DNA of 64,000 nt from positions 12,134 through 76,133 of the forward strand of contig MGVA01000018.1 of the NCBI GenBank assembly GCA_001800245.1. Direction: 5' to 3'. The notes below the pieces were generated by a model that made no database searches, was not told the origin of the DNA, and worked only from the letters and a program-made list of their open reading frames with translations. How positions within the stretch are numbered: position 1 is the first letter of the stretch; every line of letters begins with the position of its first letter. This DNA is from Elusimicrobia bacterium RIFOXYA12_FULL_51_18. Its GTDB lineage: Bacteria > Elusimicrobiota > Elusimicrobia > Elusimicrobiales > UBA9959. The position numbers and the translations under genes were made by a program. Positions 49,832 through 59,119 of the stretch are shown here, one piece after another.

Positions 49832-50165
49832 ATCACGCGTCCTTTCAACGCTTTACATTTACCGCTGAATCCAATACCCGCGCGGATATTGCGTTTCTTT
49901 ACTCTACCCAAAAACCAACGCCCGTGCGGATGCCGCGGCAGTGTCTATGCCCAACAAGCGGCTCTTTGGATATTATACGAAAACTTGTCGTTCTTATAAC
50001 ACGACACTACGCTGTCGGGGTCGTTGTCTATAATATCCATAAATATACTATACGCCTTATGCTAAAGGGGGGAATGAGCGTTGTTGTATATCGGGAGCTT
50101 TTCGAAGCGGAGGGCGGCGCGGCGACTGAGCTTTTACAAAGGCACTAAATGCGGAAGGGGGGTAT

Positions 50166-50834
50166 ATGACACATGACATAATGGAAATGGAAAAGTTGGA
50201 GCGGCCCAGGGAAAAACTGATGCGCTACGGTCCCGACAAGCTCTCGGACACAGAACTGCTGGCCATATTGCTGCGTACTGGCACAAAAGAACGCGGGGTA
50301 TTGGATCTGGCGGGGGATATCCTGGGCGAGTTCCGGCGGGAAAATATCACCAACGCCGGTTTTGACGGCCTTAAGAAGCATCCGGGGCTGGGGCCGGCTA
50401 AAGCGTGCGAGATCGTGGCGGCTTTTGAATTGGGCCGGCGGTTCTTCACGGGTAAGAAGACCAATATTTATCTGAAGCCGAGCGATGTTTGGGACGAACT
50501 TAAGGACATAAGGGAAAATAAAAAAGAGCACTTTGTCACCTTTCATCTGGATACGCGCAACCAGGAGATAAAAAGGGATATAGTCTCCATCGGAACGCTT
50601 AACTATAATCTGGTCCACCCGCGCGAGGTGTTTGAACCGGCCATAAGGAACCTGGCTGCGGGCATAATCCTGGCGCATAATCATCCCTCAGGCTGCCTTG
50701 AACCTTCCGATGAGGACCTGAGTCTTAACAAGCGCCTGGTGCAGGCCGGCAAACTACTGGGTATTGAGGTGCTGGACCACGTGATAGTGACTAAGGCGGC
50801 ATTCTCCAGCTTTAAACAGAGGAACCTGATGTAA
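50166..50834 (+). CDS. radC: RadC-like JAB/MPN domain protein
   Basis: An N-terminal HhH region is followed by the JAMM motif AHNHPSG...PSDED. Confidence 0.88.
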   Translation: MTHDIMEMEKLERPREKLMRYGPDKLSDTELLAILLRTGTKERGVLDLAGDILGEFRRENITNAGFDGLKKHPGLGPAKACEIVAAFELGRRFFTGKKTNIYLKPSDVWDELKDIRENKKEHFVTFHLDTRNQEIKRDIVSIGTLNYNLVHPREVFEPAIRNLAAGIILAHNHPSGCLEPSDEDLSLNKRLVQAGKLLGIEVLDHVIVTKAAFSSFKQRNLM

Positions 50835-50872
50835 TGACGGTTCCTGTTCCGGGCGCCACAGTGCGGCTGGGC

Positions 50873-51199
50873 CTATTGAGCCTCACATAAATAATGTCCG
50901 CGCTGGCCGGGCCGATTTTGGGGCGAAATAAGGAACTCGGAGCGCAGCATAGCTGGGCTATGTAAGCGACGCGTGACGCAGTTGCAGCCCAAAAGTGCCC
51001 GGCCCTTTCCCATCAGGGAAAGGGAGGCTTGCCTTTGGCCGTTTGATACGCATAGCGTCTGTCACGGCACTACCATAGGCTTGAGCGACTGCTTCGTTGC
51101 TCCTCGCTCACAGACCAACGGTCTGCTCGTTCGTTGCTCCTCGCATTCATCTCAAATCCAAGCCTCCAACCCGGACATTATTTATGTGAGACTCAATAG
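50873..51199. mobile_element. MITE-like element D (327 bp)
   Basis: The 28-bp terminal inverted repeats are ctattgagcctcacataaataatgtccg and cggacattatttatgtgagactcaatag, with one mismatch. There is no credible ORF. Confidence 0.8.
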
Positions 51200-51244
51200 A
51201 CGCTTTTTAAAAGAGGAGACTGGCAAAATGGTAATATTATAAAT

Positions 51245-53242
51245 ATGAAAATAGCCCTAGGACTTGGCCTTGGGGAACCGGGGATGGCGGCTGAGGCCGC
51301 GGCAAAAGAAGCCCTTAAAACGGTGCCTAAGCCTGACTTGGCCGTAGCTTTTGCTTCAATACATCTTGATCAGGAGAAAGTGCACAAGGCCCTGTGCCGC
51401 AATTTGGCCCCGGCCATACTTACCGGGGGATCCAGTTACGCGGAAATAACCAACGCGGGCGTCTCTAAGAACAGCGTGGCCATTATGCTTCTCTCTCTTG
51501 AAGGCCTTAAAGCCTCGTTCAGCGTTTCAAAGGTCTTTGAGGATTGTCGCAAGACCGGTTTCGCCCTGGCCGGAGGCGTCCCGCCCTTTTCAAAAGACGC
51601 GGCGAGAAAACTTGCGCTGATTTTCGGCTCCATGACCACCGGCTATGAGCAGAATATGGTGGACGCGATAGGGGAAAAGCTGGGCCCTCTGCCTGTTTTC
51701 GGAGGGCTGACCTGCGGGGATTACGACCGGGGCATGAATCATCCTGATTTCTGGACCAATTATCAGTACTGCGGCGGCGAACTGAACAAGACCGGCGCGC
51801 TGTTGACGGCGCTTGAACTGCCGGAAGGGTGCGAGGTGTCTTTCGGCTACGGCCATGGCTGGGAGCCGCTGGGTTCGGAATTGACCGTGACCCGCGCCGA
51901 CGGTCCGGAAGTTTTAGAAGTTGACGGCGTTCCGGTAATAGAGTTCTACCGGCAGTTTCTGGGGCGCGAGGCGAAAGATAAATTCTTTGAATTGATGGTC
52001 CAGCGGTACGGGTTCTCCATAGTGGCGCCCTGCGCGGAGAGGAGCATTTTGAAACTGCCGGTCTCCTGCGATTTTAAAAAAGGTTCTATCCGATATTTTC
52101 CGGCGGAAGATATGTCGGGTAAAAAGGTGCGGCTGATCCAGGCCAGCCGGGTAAGCTTGATAGAAGGCGCGCGTACGGCCGCAAAAGAGTGTGCCGGAGC
52201 TGTTCCCGGCAGGAAGCCGGACCTGGTTTTCATGGTCAGCTGCTGTTCGCGCTCGCATATCCTGCACAGCCGGGAGAACGAAGAAGTGGACGCCGTTAGG
52301 TCCGTCTTCGGCGCGGATACTCCGGTTTTCGGTTTCTATTCCGGCGGCGAGATAGTTCCGTGGCTCAACAGTTATGGCGGCGTAACCAGCCCGGAAACCG
52401 GGCCGCACGGCTCGCGTTACCATGCCACCACGGTGGCGCTGATGGCTTTTTACGGCAAAGACCCGGTGAAGAAACCGGCGCTCAAGGTTCGCTGCGCCGC
52501 AAAAACAGATCCGGCTGAAGAACTTATCCGGACGAGGGCTATGCTGGAGCGAAGCGAAGAACTTCTGGACAACACCGAGAGCTTTCTGGCTAACCTAAGC
52601 CGGAAATCTTATAAAGACGGAGAACTGCTGCGCAGGCAGCACGAGATCATCCACGCCTATACGCCGCACGGCGTATGGAAAGAGGCCGGGGCCGTGGCTT
52701 TGTCCGGCGGACGGGAATTGAAGAACGCCGAATTCACCGGTGTTTTTATGTTCATGGATGTGAAGGGGTTTACGGCTTATTGTGAGGGCCATACTTCAGC
52801 CGAAGTCGTGAAAGCCCTGAACGGGATATTTACGCCGGCTACGGATCTGATTTATAAGAACGGCGGGGATGTGGATAAATTCATAGGCGATTGCATCTTC
52901 GCCTGCTTTAATTCCGCCAGGGACGCCTCGGCCGCGGCGCGGGCCATCCTGCTGCTTTTCAGGGAGCCTGGAGCCGGCAATACGTTCAGCGTCAGGATAG
53001 GGCTTAACGGGGGGCGTGCGGTGCGCGGCAACGTGGGAGCTCCCGGCCGCAGGGAGTATACCTTTATAGGCGACGCGGTTAACACCGCCCAGCGGCTGGA
53101 AGCCAATTGCGAGCCGGGAAAAGCGCTGATATCGGCGGATATATATAGGGAATCCGGCGATATGTTCCGTTCCGCGGAAGAAAAAGTGATAAAATTAAAG
53201 GGCAAGGCGGAACCCGCCCGAGCCTTTTTATGCGGGGCGTAG
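51245..53242 (+). CDS. FIST-domain sensor fused to a class III adenylate/guanylate cyclase
   Basis: The N-terminal ~400 aa are FIST_N/FIST_C-like. The cyclase motifs are FMFMDVKGFT, DKFIGDC and FIGDAVNTAQRLE. Confidence 0.8.
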   Translation: MKIALGLGLGEPGMAAEAAAKEALKTVPKPDLAVAFASIHLDQEKVHKALCRNLAPAILTGGSSYAEITNAGVSKNSVAIMLLSLEGLKASFSVSKVFEDCRKTGFALAGGVPPFSKDAARKLALIFGSMTTGYEQNMVDAIGEKLGPLPVFGGLTCGDYDRGMNHPDFWTNYQYCGGELNKTGALLTALELPEGCEVSFGYGHGWEPLGSELTVTRADGPEVLEVDGVPVIEFYRQFLGREAKDKFFELMVQRYGFSIVAPCAERSILKLPVSCDFKKGSIRYFPAEDMSGKKVRLIQASRVSLIEGARTAAKECAGAVPGRKPDLVFMVSCCSRSHILHSRENEEVDAVRSVFGADTPVFGFYSGGEIVPWLNSYGGVTSPETGPHGSRYHATTVALMAFYGKDPVKKPALKVRCAAKTDPAEELIRTRAMLERSEELLDNTESFLANLSRKSYKDGELLRRQHEIIHAYTPHGVWKEAGAVALSGGRELKNAEFTGVFMFMDVKGFTAYCEGHTSAEVVKALNGIFTPATDLIYKNGGDVDKFIGDCIFACFNSARDASAAARAILLLFREPGAGNTFSVRIGLNGGRAVRGNVGAPGRREYTFIGDAVNTAQRLEANCEPGKALISADIYRESGDMFRSAEEKVIKLKGKAEPARAFLCGA

Positions 53243-53266
53243 AGAATCTTGTTTCCGGGAGGAAAA

Positions 53267-53674
53267 ATGCTTTTTGACAAGATGAGCGCGGACATGGTGA
53301 AGGCCATGATAGAGTGCATCCCCGCCGAAGTCACGGTAATAGATGCCAACGACGAGGTTGTTGGCTGGAATAAGCACGAAACCAGGCTGTTCAGGCGGCC
53401 CATGGAAGCCATGGGCATGAATTTCAGGCAATGCCATCCGGAGAAGAGCCTTGCCATGGTGGAAAAGCTTATAGCCGAGATGAAAACCGGCGCGAGGGAT
53501 AAGGTACGCTTTTGGATAGACCTGGAGGTGAAAAAAGGAGAGCCCAAACACAAAATACTTATAGAATTTTACGCCCTGCGGGACGATAAAAAAAAATATA
53601 TCGGCTGCCTTGAATTTACCCAGGACGTTGAGGAGATAAGGCGTTTGGAAGGCCAGAAGCGCCTGATGGATTGA
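53267..53674 (+). CDS. Stand-alone PAS-like domain protein (of the type found in DUF438/hemerythrin proteins)
   Basis: RBS GGGAGG lies before the ATG at 53267. Motifs are VTVIDANDEVVGWN, FRQCHPEKS and FWIDL. Confidence 0.6.
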   Translation: MLFDKMSADMVKAMIECIPAEVTVIDANDEVVGWNKHETRLFRRPMEAMGMNFRQCHPEKSLAMVEKLIAEMKTGARDKVRFWIDLEVKKGEPKHKILIEFYALRDDKKKYIGCLEFTQDVEEIRRLEGQKRLMD

Positions 53675-53716
53675 TCAAAGTGGTTTTTGCGCTATTCTTG
53701 TTGTCGTAAGTTATAT

Positions 53717-53748
53717 AAAAACCGGGTCCCTCAGGGCCCGGTTTTTTT
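53717..53748. terminator. Bidirectional rho-independent terminator
   Basis: The hairpin is aaaaACCGGGtcc-ctca-ggGCCCGGTttttttt, lying between convergent genes. Confidence 0.75.
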
Positions 53749-53759
53749 GTGGGGATACG

Positions 53760-54401
53760 CTATTTTACCCTGTAAAGACCGGGCCAGATAGGCGTGAGAG
53801 AGCGTATGAACGCGTCGGTTATGCCGGCCATGGCGGAGGAAATGTCGAACCCCTCATAAGTCATGGATGCGGACCACATTATGGAACCGGTTTGCGCGTC
53901 CACCATTCGGGAGATCAGCGAGACATTGGCCGTGGTGCCCAGCAATTGGGAGTTGGGGATGCCCATGACCGAGCCTTCAGGGGTAATGTTGGTGTTGGAG
54001 ATCTGCGTTACGCTTGTGACCCGCGGGTTTTCGGAAGCGCTGACCAGATATGTGCTTGGCGGAGTGCTTTCAGCCACGGTTCCCAGGAACAGCGCGTCCA
54101 CCCCCAGCAGCTTGCCTAATTCTTTTGCCGTGGCGGGATCAAAAGCGCTTGAGGTTGAAAGCGAATGCTCCCTAATGACATCGTCAAGCCGCTGGCGTTC
54201 TATTACATCGGCCCCCTGAGCCACCAGGCTCTGGGTAAGCATATCGGCCGCCAAGTCTCCTTTGGGGCCGCTGAACGGCATCACCGCCACCCGCTTGACG
54301 GCGGAAAAATCGGCGCGCGGGTTCACGGCCACGCGCGGTGTAGCGCAGGCGGCTAAAAGGCCCAACAATGGGAGGACAAGAAGTATTTTTACGGTTCTCA
54401 T
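53760..54401 (-). CDS. Periplasmic lipoprotein, CsgG/FlgO/LpoB-like fold
   Basis: Lipobox LLAAC, plus VAVMPF...DMLTQSLV...VIERQRLDDV...LGVDALFLGTV. Confidence 0.55.
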   Translation of the reverse strand: MRTVKILLVLPLLGLLAACATPRVAVNPRADFSAVKRVAVMPFSGPKGDLAADMLTQSLVAQGADVIERQRLDDVIREHSLSTSSAFDPATAKELGKLLGVDALFLGTVAESTPPSTYLVSASENPRVTSVTQISNTNITPEGSVMGIPNSQLLGTTANVSLISRMVDAQTGSIMWSASMTYEGFDISSAMAGITDAFIRSLTPIWPGLYRVK

Positions 54402-54805
54402 TGGTTTGCGGATAAATGATGCAGGTGTTTGCGGGCGGTTTCGCGCAAATGCGGCTCAGCGGCGGTCTCAAGACAAGTTTTCCAGGCGGCTCGGGCTTTC
54501 TCTTTAAGGCCTTTCTTCTCATAGATAAGTCCGAGCATATAATGTGTAATCGCCTTAGTCGGGTCAAGGCGGGCGGCGTTTTCAAAGGCCTTCTGCGCTT
54601 CATCGGCCTTTTCAAGCCTGGTATAGGTAAAGCCGAGCTTTATGTAAAGTTCCACGTTGCCGGGCTGTTGTTTGACGGTTTCTTCAAGATCCGCCGCTGT
54701 CTTTTTTAGTTCTTCAACGCTTTGGTACCGGATGTCGCCGGGCCCGGTCTGCGCCATGGCAGGCGCGGCGGCCGCAAGAAGAGCGGCTAGCAAGGCATAT
54801 CGCAT
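54398..54805 (-). CDS. Secreted TPR-repeat protein
   Basis: I chose the start at 54805 (RBS GGAGGAG, signal peptide MRYALLAALLAAAAPAMAQ). The upstream part of the 54916 ORF lies in the repeat region. Confidence 0.65.
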   Translation of the reverse strand: MRYALLAALLAAAAPAMAQTGPGDIRYQSVEELKKTAADLEETVKQQPGNVELYIKLGFTYTRLEKADEAQKAFENAARLDPTKAITHYMLGLIYEKKGLKEKARAAWKTCLETAAEPHLRETARKHLHHLSANQ

Positions 54806-54872
54806 ATTGGTCTCCTCCCCTGATAATAAAAGCATATAAAATTTTGGAGTACGGCGGGGAATGTTCGTGGTT

Positions 54873-55120
54873 GAGGCACATAGGCCGTCTGATGGCCATA
54901 GGCCCTGATGCGGCACCTACGCAATGCCGTTTGACGGGCATCGCCCTTGTTACGGCACAGCCATAGGCTGGTATTGGCGGTACCCCCTCCTGGGGATTGA
55001 ACCACAGGTGGGCACCGCTACAGCGGTTCCCCCTACGTCTGAGGCACACAGGCCGTTTGATGGCCATAGGCCTTGTTACGGCACTGCCATAGGCTAGTGC
55101 TTTGTTACGGCACCTACGCA
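54873..55120. repeat. Mosaic block of short direct repeats sharing modules with MITE families B and D
   Basis: gaggcaca(t/c)aggccgt(c/t)tgatggccataggcc occurs twice. gttacggcac(a/t)gccataggct occurs twice. The module ccacaggtgg(g/a)caccgc...gcggtt(c)cccctac is shared with 57751-57784. Confidence 0.7.
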
Positions 55121-55157
55121 AGTATTGTAGAATATTTCCGGTGAATAGGAGGAACTG

Positions 55158-55538
55158 ATGAAATTCACTTTCGCGCATAATAATTTTAACGTTCTGGATC
55201 TGGATAAAAGCCTGAAGTTCTATAAGGAGGCTCTGGGGCTTGCCGAGACCCGCCGGATAAAAGCACAGGACGGCAGCTTTACGCTGGTGTTCCTTGGAGA
55301 CGGCGAGACGCCGCATAAATTGGAACTTACCTGGTTGAAAGGCCGCAAGGCAAAATATGGCCTGGGAGATAACGAGTTCCACCTGGCTTTTATAACCGAT
55401 GATTTTAAGGCGGCGCATGCGCTGCATAAAAAGATGGGCTGTGTCTGTTATGTAAATGAGGGCATGGGTATTTATTTTATAGAGGATCCGGACGGCTACT
55501 GGATAGAAATTCTGCCGCATCGGAAAGATAAAGTATGA
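55158..55538 (+). CDS. VOC family protein / glyoxalase I-like
   Basis: 126 aa. The N-terminus reads FAHNNFNVLDLDKSLKFYKEALGL, and the C-terminal region contains DPDGYWIEI. Confidence 0.8.
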   Translation: MKFTFAHNNFNVLDLDKSLKFYKEALGLAETRRIKAQDGSFTLVFLGDGETPHKLELTWLKGRKAKYGLGDNEFHLAFITDDFKAAHALHKKMGCVCYVNEGMGIYFIEDPDGYWIEILPHRKDKV

Positions 55539-55607
55539 GGGATGAGGCGAAAGGCACGGAAAAACAGAAGTTTTTTGCGTCTTGGTCTTTATCCCTAAGG
55601 AGAAACT

Positions 55608-56216
55608 ATGCTTAAGGTAACTGCTTTCAACGGTAGCGCCCGCAGGGACGGAAACACCGCCATCCTTTTAAACGCGGCATTGGCGGAACTTAAGGACGCG
55701 GGTTTTGAGACGGAACTGGTCCAACTGGCGGGCAAGCCTTTAAGGGGCTGCACGGCTTGCAATGGCTGTTTTAAGAACAAGGATAAAAAATGCGTTCTGC
55801 CTGACGACGGCTTGAACGGCTATATCGCCAAGATGGAAGACTCCGCCGGGATATTTATAGGTTCGCCGACGTATTTCGCGGATGTGAGCAGCGATACTAA
55901 GGCTCTGATAGAGCGGACGGGTTTTGTCAGCATGGCAAATGGCGGGCTTTTAAAACGTAAAGCCGGAGCCGCGGTGGTGGCGGTCAGGCGTGGCGGCGCG
56001 GTGCACGCTTTTGACACCATAAATCATTTTTTCACTATCAGTCAGATGATAATTCCAGGTTCTAATTACTGGAACGTAGGAGTAGGCCGCGCTATCGGAG
56101 AAGTGGAAAATGACAAAGAAGGCATGACGACCATGAAGGTGTTGGGCGGAAATATGGCCTGGCTGCTTTCAAAGATGCATGGTCTGCCGGATATTTGCTC
56201 TGATCTTAAGAAATGA
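55608..56216 (+). CDS. Iron-sulfur flavoprotein / NADPH-dependent FMN reductase family
   Basis: Motifs are NGSARRDGNT, the compact Cys motif CTACNGCFKNKDKKC, and GSPTYF. Confidence 0.8.
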   Translation: MLKVTAFNGSARRDGNTAILLNAALAELKDAGFETELVQLAGKPLRGCTACNGCFKNKDKKCVLPDDGLNGYIAKMEDSAGIFIGSPTYFADVSSDTKALIERTGFVSMANGGLLKRKAGAAVVAVRRGGAVHAFDTINHFFTISQMIIPGSNYWNVGVGRAIGEVENDKEGMTTMKVLGGNMAWLLSKMHGLPDICSDLKK

Positions 56217-56325
56217 TTCTCCCGTGGTTTCTTTTCTTTTATTTCCCTTCGCTTTTGTAATTAGCGCTGAACAGTTTTTCAGTCGTTGTTAGTATTTGTT
56301 GTTTAATTCCGAATAAAGAGCGGCT

Positions 56326-57537
56326 ATGGCTGAAAGATTCATTATACATGTCGATATGGATGCCTTCTTCGCCGCCGTGGAACAGCGCGATAATCCCGCC
56401 TTGCGCGGCAAGCCCGTTATCGTGGGCGCGGATCCTAAGAACGGCAAAGGGCGGGGCGTGGTGTCCACCTGCTCTTATGAAGCCCGCAAATTCGGAGTCA
56501 GGTCGGCTATGCCGATATCCGAGGCTTGGCGCAGGTGTCCCCAGGGCGTATTCGTGACGCCCGATTTCAGCGCATATTCGGCCGCCTCGGAGATAATACA
56601 TAAGATTTTCTACGATTTTACCCCTGACATAGAGCCGATCAGTATAGATGAAGCATTCCTGGATATTACAAACAGCTATAAACTTTTTGGTTCGCCGCTG
56701 GAGGTCTGCCGGCTGATAAAGACGCGCATCAAGGCGGAGACAGGGCTGACGGCGTCGGTAGGACTGGCTCCAACCAAAATGGCGGCTAAGATCGCGTCCG
56801 ACCTGAAAAAACCTGACGGCCTTGTCGAGGTGAGGGAAGGCGGGATACGGGAATTTTTATGCCCGTTGGACATCGGACGTATCTGGGGCCTGGGTCCCAG
56901 GACGGCCGATATCCTCAGGGAGCGGGGCATTCATACAATAGGCCGATTGGCGGAAACAAGCGCGGCCGAACTTCACAGGCTGTTAGGCAAGCACGGCCCT
57001 GAATTACGGGAACTGGCATTAGGCCATGATGAACGGGAAGTACTGGCGGAAGGCGAAGCTAAATCCGTGGGTAATGAATATACTTTTGAAACGGATACAT
57101 CGGACGAGCGGGAGATCTCTGAAGCGCTCCTGGCCTTATGCGACAAAGTCTCGTCCCGTCTCCGGATGGAGGGGGTCAAGGGGCGCACGATAACGCTTAA
57201 AATACGTCTGGAGGGATTCCTGACCTTTACACGCGCCGCGAGCATGGGTTTTGCCACGAATTATACCGATGTCATACATGACCGGATCCTGAAGCTTTAC
57301 GGGGAGTTCAATGTTTGCGCGGGCGCTGGTGCGCCTCAGGAGGGCAAACGCGGCGGAAGGAAAGTTCGTCTGCTGGGGGTAAAAGTTTCGGGTCTGATGC
57401 CGGCCGGAGTCAGTGAATCCCTTTTTGAAGAAGAAACGGATAAAAAACTTGAGGGGATGCACAAAGCGGTGGAAGCGATACGGGCAAAGTTCGGACGCGG
57501 GGCCATTTACAGGGCCGGTGGCAAAAAACAGGTCTGA
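56326..57537 (+). CDS. dinB: DNA polymerase IV (Y-family)
   Basis: The motifs IIHVDMDAFFAAVEQRDNP and SIDEAFLD are present. Confidence 0.92.
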   Translation: MAERFIIHVDMDAFFAAVEQRDNPALRGKPVIVGADPKNGKGRGVVSTCSYEARKFGVRSAMPISEAWRRCPQGVFVTPDFSAYSAASEIIHKIFYDFTPDIEPISIDEAFLDITNSYKLFGSPLEVCRLIKTRIKAETGLTASVGLAPTKMAAKIASDLKKPDGLVEVREGGIREFLCPLDIGRIWGLGPRTADILRERGIHTIGRLAETSAAELHRLLGKHGPELRELALGHDEREVLAEGEAKSVGNEYTFETDTSDEREISEALLALCDKVSSRLRMEGVKGRTITLKIRLEGFLTFTRAASMGFATNYTDVIHDRILKLYGEFNVCAGAGAPQEGKRGGRKVRLLGVKVSGLMPAGVSESLFEEETDKKLEGMHKAVEAIRAKFGRGAIYRAGGKKQV

Positions 57538-57681
57538 CTTGAAGTCGCGGCTGAAGCGTTTTTATCGGAAGAGCTGCGGGTAAACGGCGATTTTCGGGTC
57601 TTATGACGGCGGTAACCAGAGGGCTTGTAGATGAATGTTTATGCCGCCGGGGATGAAATATGAATCTTTTGCGAGGGGGTA

Positions 57682-57900
57682 GGAGCCTGTCCGACATAAG
57701 GAATTTTGGCTGCAATTGCCGTTTTTTGCGGGACCCTTTCCGGGATTTACCCACAGGTGGACACCGCATTGCGGTTTCCCCTACTGCGCCTTTGCGCCGC
57801 TCAACTTACAGTCTCCGTAGAGAATGCTCGTTTCGCGTCGCTTCGGCTCGGCCTCAAAACCGACAATTTCGCTTTAAAAAACTTATGTCGGACAGGCTCC
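57682..57900. mobile_element. MITE-like element, family B, copy B3 (219 bp)
   Basis: Perfect 19-bp terminal inverted repeats ggagcctgtccgacataag and cttatgtcggacaggctcc. The core gcgcctttgcgccgctcaacttacagtc...gagaatgctcgtttcgc is shared with 3066-3235 and 4245-4413. Confidence 0.85.
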
Positions 57901-57995
57901 TGGATTAACGGCTATTTTTGATAGAATTATATTATATGGTGTTTCATTGGGTCCGCGGTAAAACCGGCAGCGTGGAGGGTGGAGGATATTAAAGT

Positions 57996-58886
57996 ATGAA
58001 AATGATAAAAAGGGTTTCACTTTTTTTAGCCGTCAATCTGCTTATACTGATTACGCTGTCCATAACGCTGAATATCCTGGGAGTGAGGCCTTATCTCAGT
58101 GCGCGCGGCATGGACTATCAGGCTTTGATGGTTTTCTGCCTTGTCTGGGGCATGGGGGGGGCTTTTATCTCTCTTGGCCTTTCCCGTATCATGGCCAAGT
58201 GGATGATGGGTGTTAAAGTTATCGATCCCGGCGTCGGCGAACCGGAACTGGCCCGGCTGGTCCAGACCGTTCACAGCCTGGCCCGGGCCGCAAATCTCCC
58301 CAGAATGCCGGAGGTTGGGTATTATCCCAGTCCCGAGATCAACGCTTTTGCGACCGGTCCGACAAAAAGCCGGGCGCTTGTGGCGGTTTCCACCGGCCTG
58401 TTGGAAGCTTTGGACAGGGAACAGCTGGAAGGCGTGTTGGCGCACGAGATAGCTCACATCGCCAACGGAGATATGGTCACCATGACCTTATTGCAGGGTA
58501 TTATCAACGCTTTTGTGATGTTCCTGGCCCGTGTGATCTCTTTCTTTATCGCCAACCGCGGTCGCGACGATGAGAGTGCCGCTCCAAGCTTCCTGCTGAC
58601 CATGGTTCTTGAAATCGCGCTCAGCGCGCTGGGTATGGTGGTGGTGGCGGCTTTTTCCCGCTTCAGGGAGTTCCGGGCGGATGCGGGAGGCGCCGGACTC
58701 GCCGGCCGGGAGAAGATGATCTCAGCCCTTGAGGCGCTTAAACGGAGTCTCCCTTATGTTGACCTTACCGGCAAGCAAGCTGTGGCCGCTCTTAAGATAT
58801 CCGGCAGATCAGGAGGGGTGATGGCGCTGTTCGCCACCCATCCCGCGCTTGACGAGCGCATAGCCCGCCTCAGAGAGTCGCGTTAG
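57996..58886 (+). CDS. htpX: Zinc metalloprotease HtpX (M48)
   Basis: HEIAHIANGD (HExxH), four TM helices and a C-terminal THPALDERI. Confidence 0.9.
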   Translation: MKMIKRVSLFLAVNLLILITLSITLNILGVRPYLSARGMDYQALMVFCLVWGMGGAFISLGLSRIMAKWMMGVKVIDPGVGEPELARLVQTVHSLARAANLPRMPEVGYYPSPEINAFATGPTKSRALVAVSTGLLEALDREQLEGVLAHEIAHIANGDMVTMTLLQGIINAFVMFLARVISFFIANRGRDDESAAPSFLLTMVLEIALSALGMVVVAAFSRFREFRADAGGAGLAGREKMISALEALKRSLPYVDLTGKQAVAALKISGRSGGVMALFATHPALDERIARLRESR

Positions 58887-58925
58887 GAGCCTGTCCGATA
58901 TAAGCAATTTTGGCATGCAACCTCG
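58886..58925. repeat. Partial family-B repeat (left end only)
   Basis: ggagcctgtccgatataagcaattttggc matches the left terminus of 57682-57900. Similarity decays further downstream. Confidence 0.6.
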
Positions 58926-59119
58926 TCTATATTAGACCATGGTTGCGCTTCTAAATGGAATCCGCCGGCGTTTTTTGCAGGGCCAAATGGCCTAGAAACG
59001 CCTGGGTCTTTTTCCTTAAGGGGATGGGGGCTCTTGGGCTCATGTGGGTATCGGTGCGATATGCGATACTATAGGTGTGTAAACACCGAGTATGCCGGGT
59101 TAAAATAATGGAGGTATGC

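Noticed and set aside
45894-51205. I considered a prophage or integrative-element remnant, based on the ClpP-like protease with a coiled-coil 'scaffold', RadC, RNase H, an exonuclease and a MITE.
   Set aside because: There is no integrase, terminase, portal, capsid or tail gene. There is no tRNA or att-like direct repeat. The ClpP-like protein has a signal peptide, which is incompatible with a prohead protease-scaffold role.
54714-55520. I considered the 268-aa reverse ORF spanning the repeat block and the glyoxalase gene as a possible transposase for the MITEs.
   Set aside because: It has no DDE, HUH or other transposase-like motif. Half of it is antisense to a well-supported VOC-family gene, and the rest is translation of short direct repeats.
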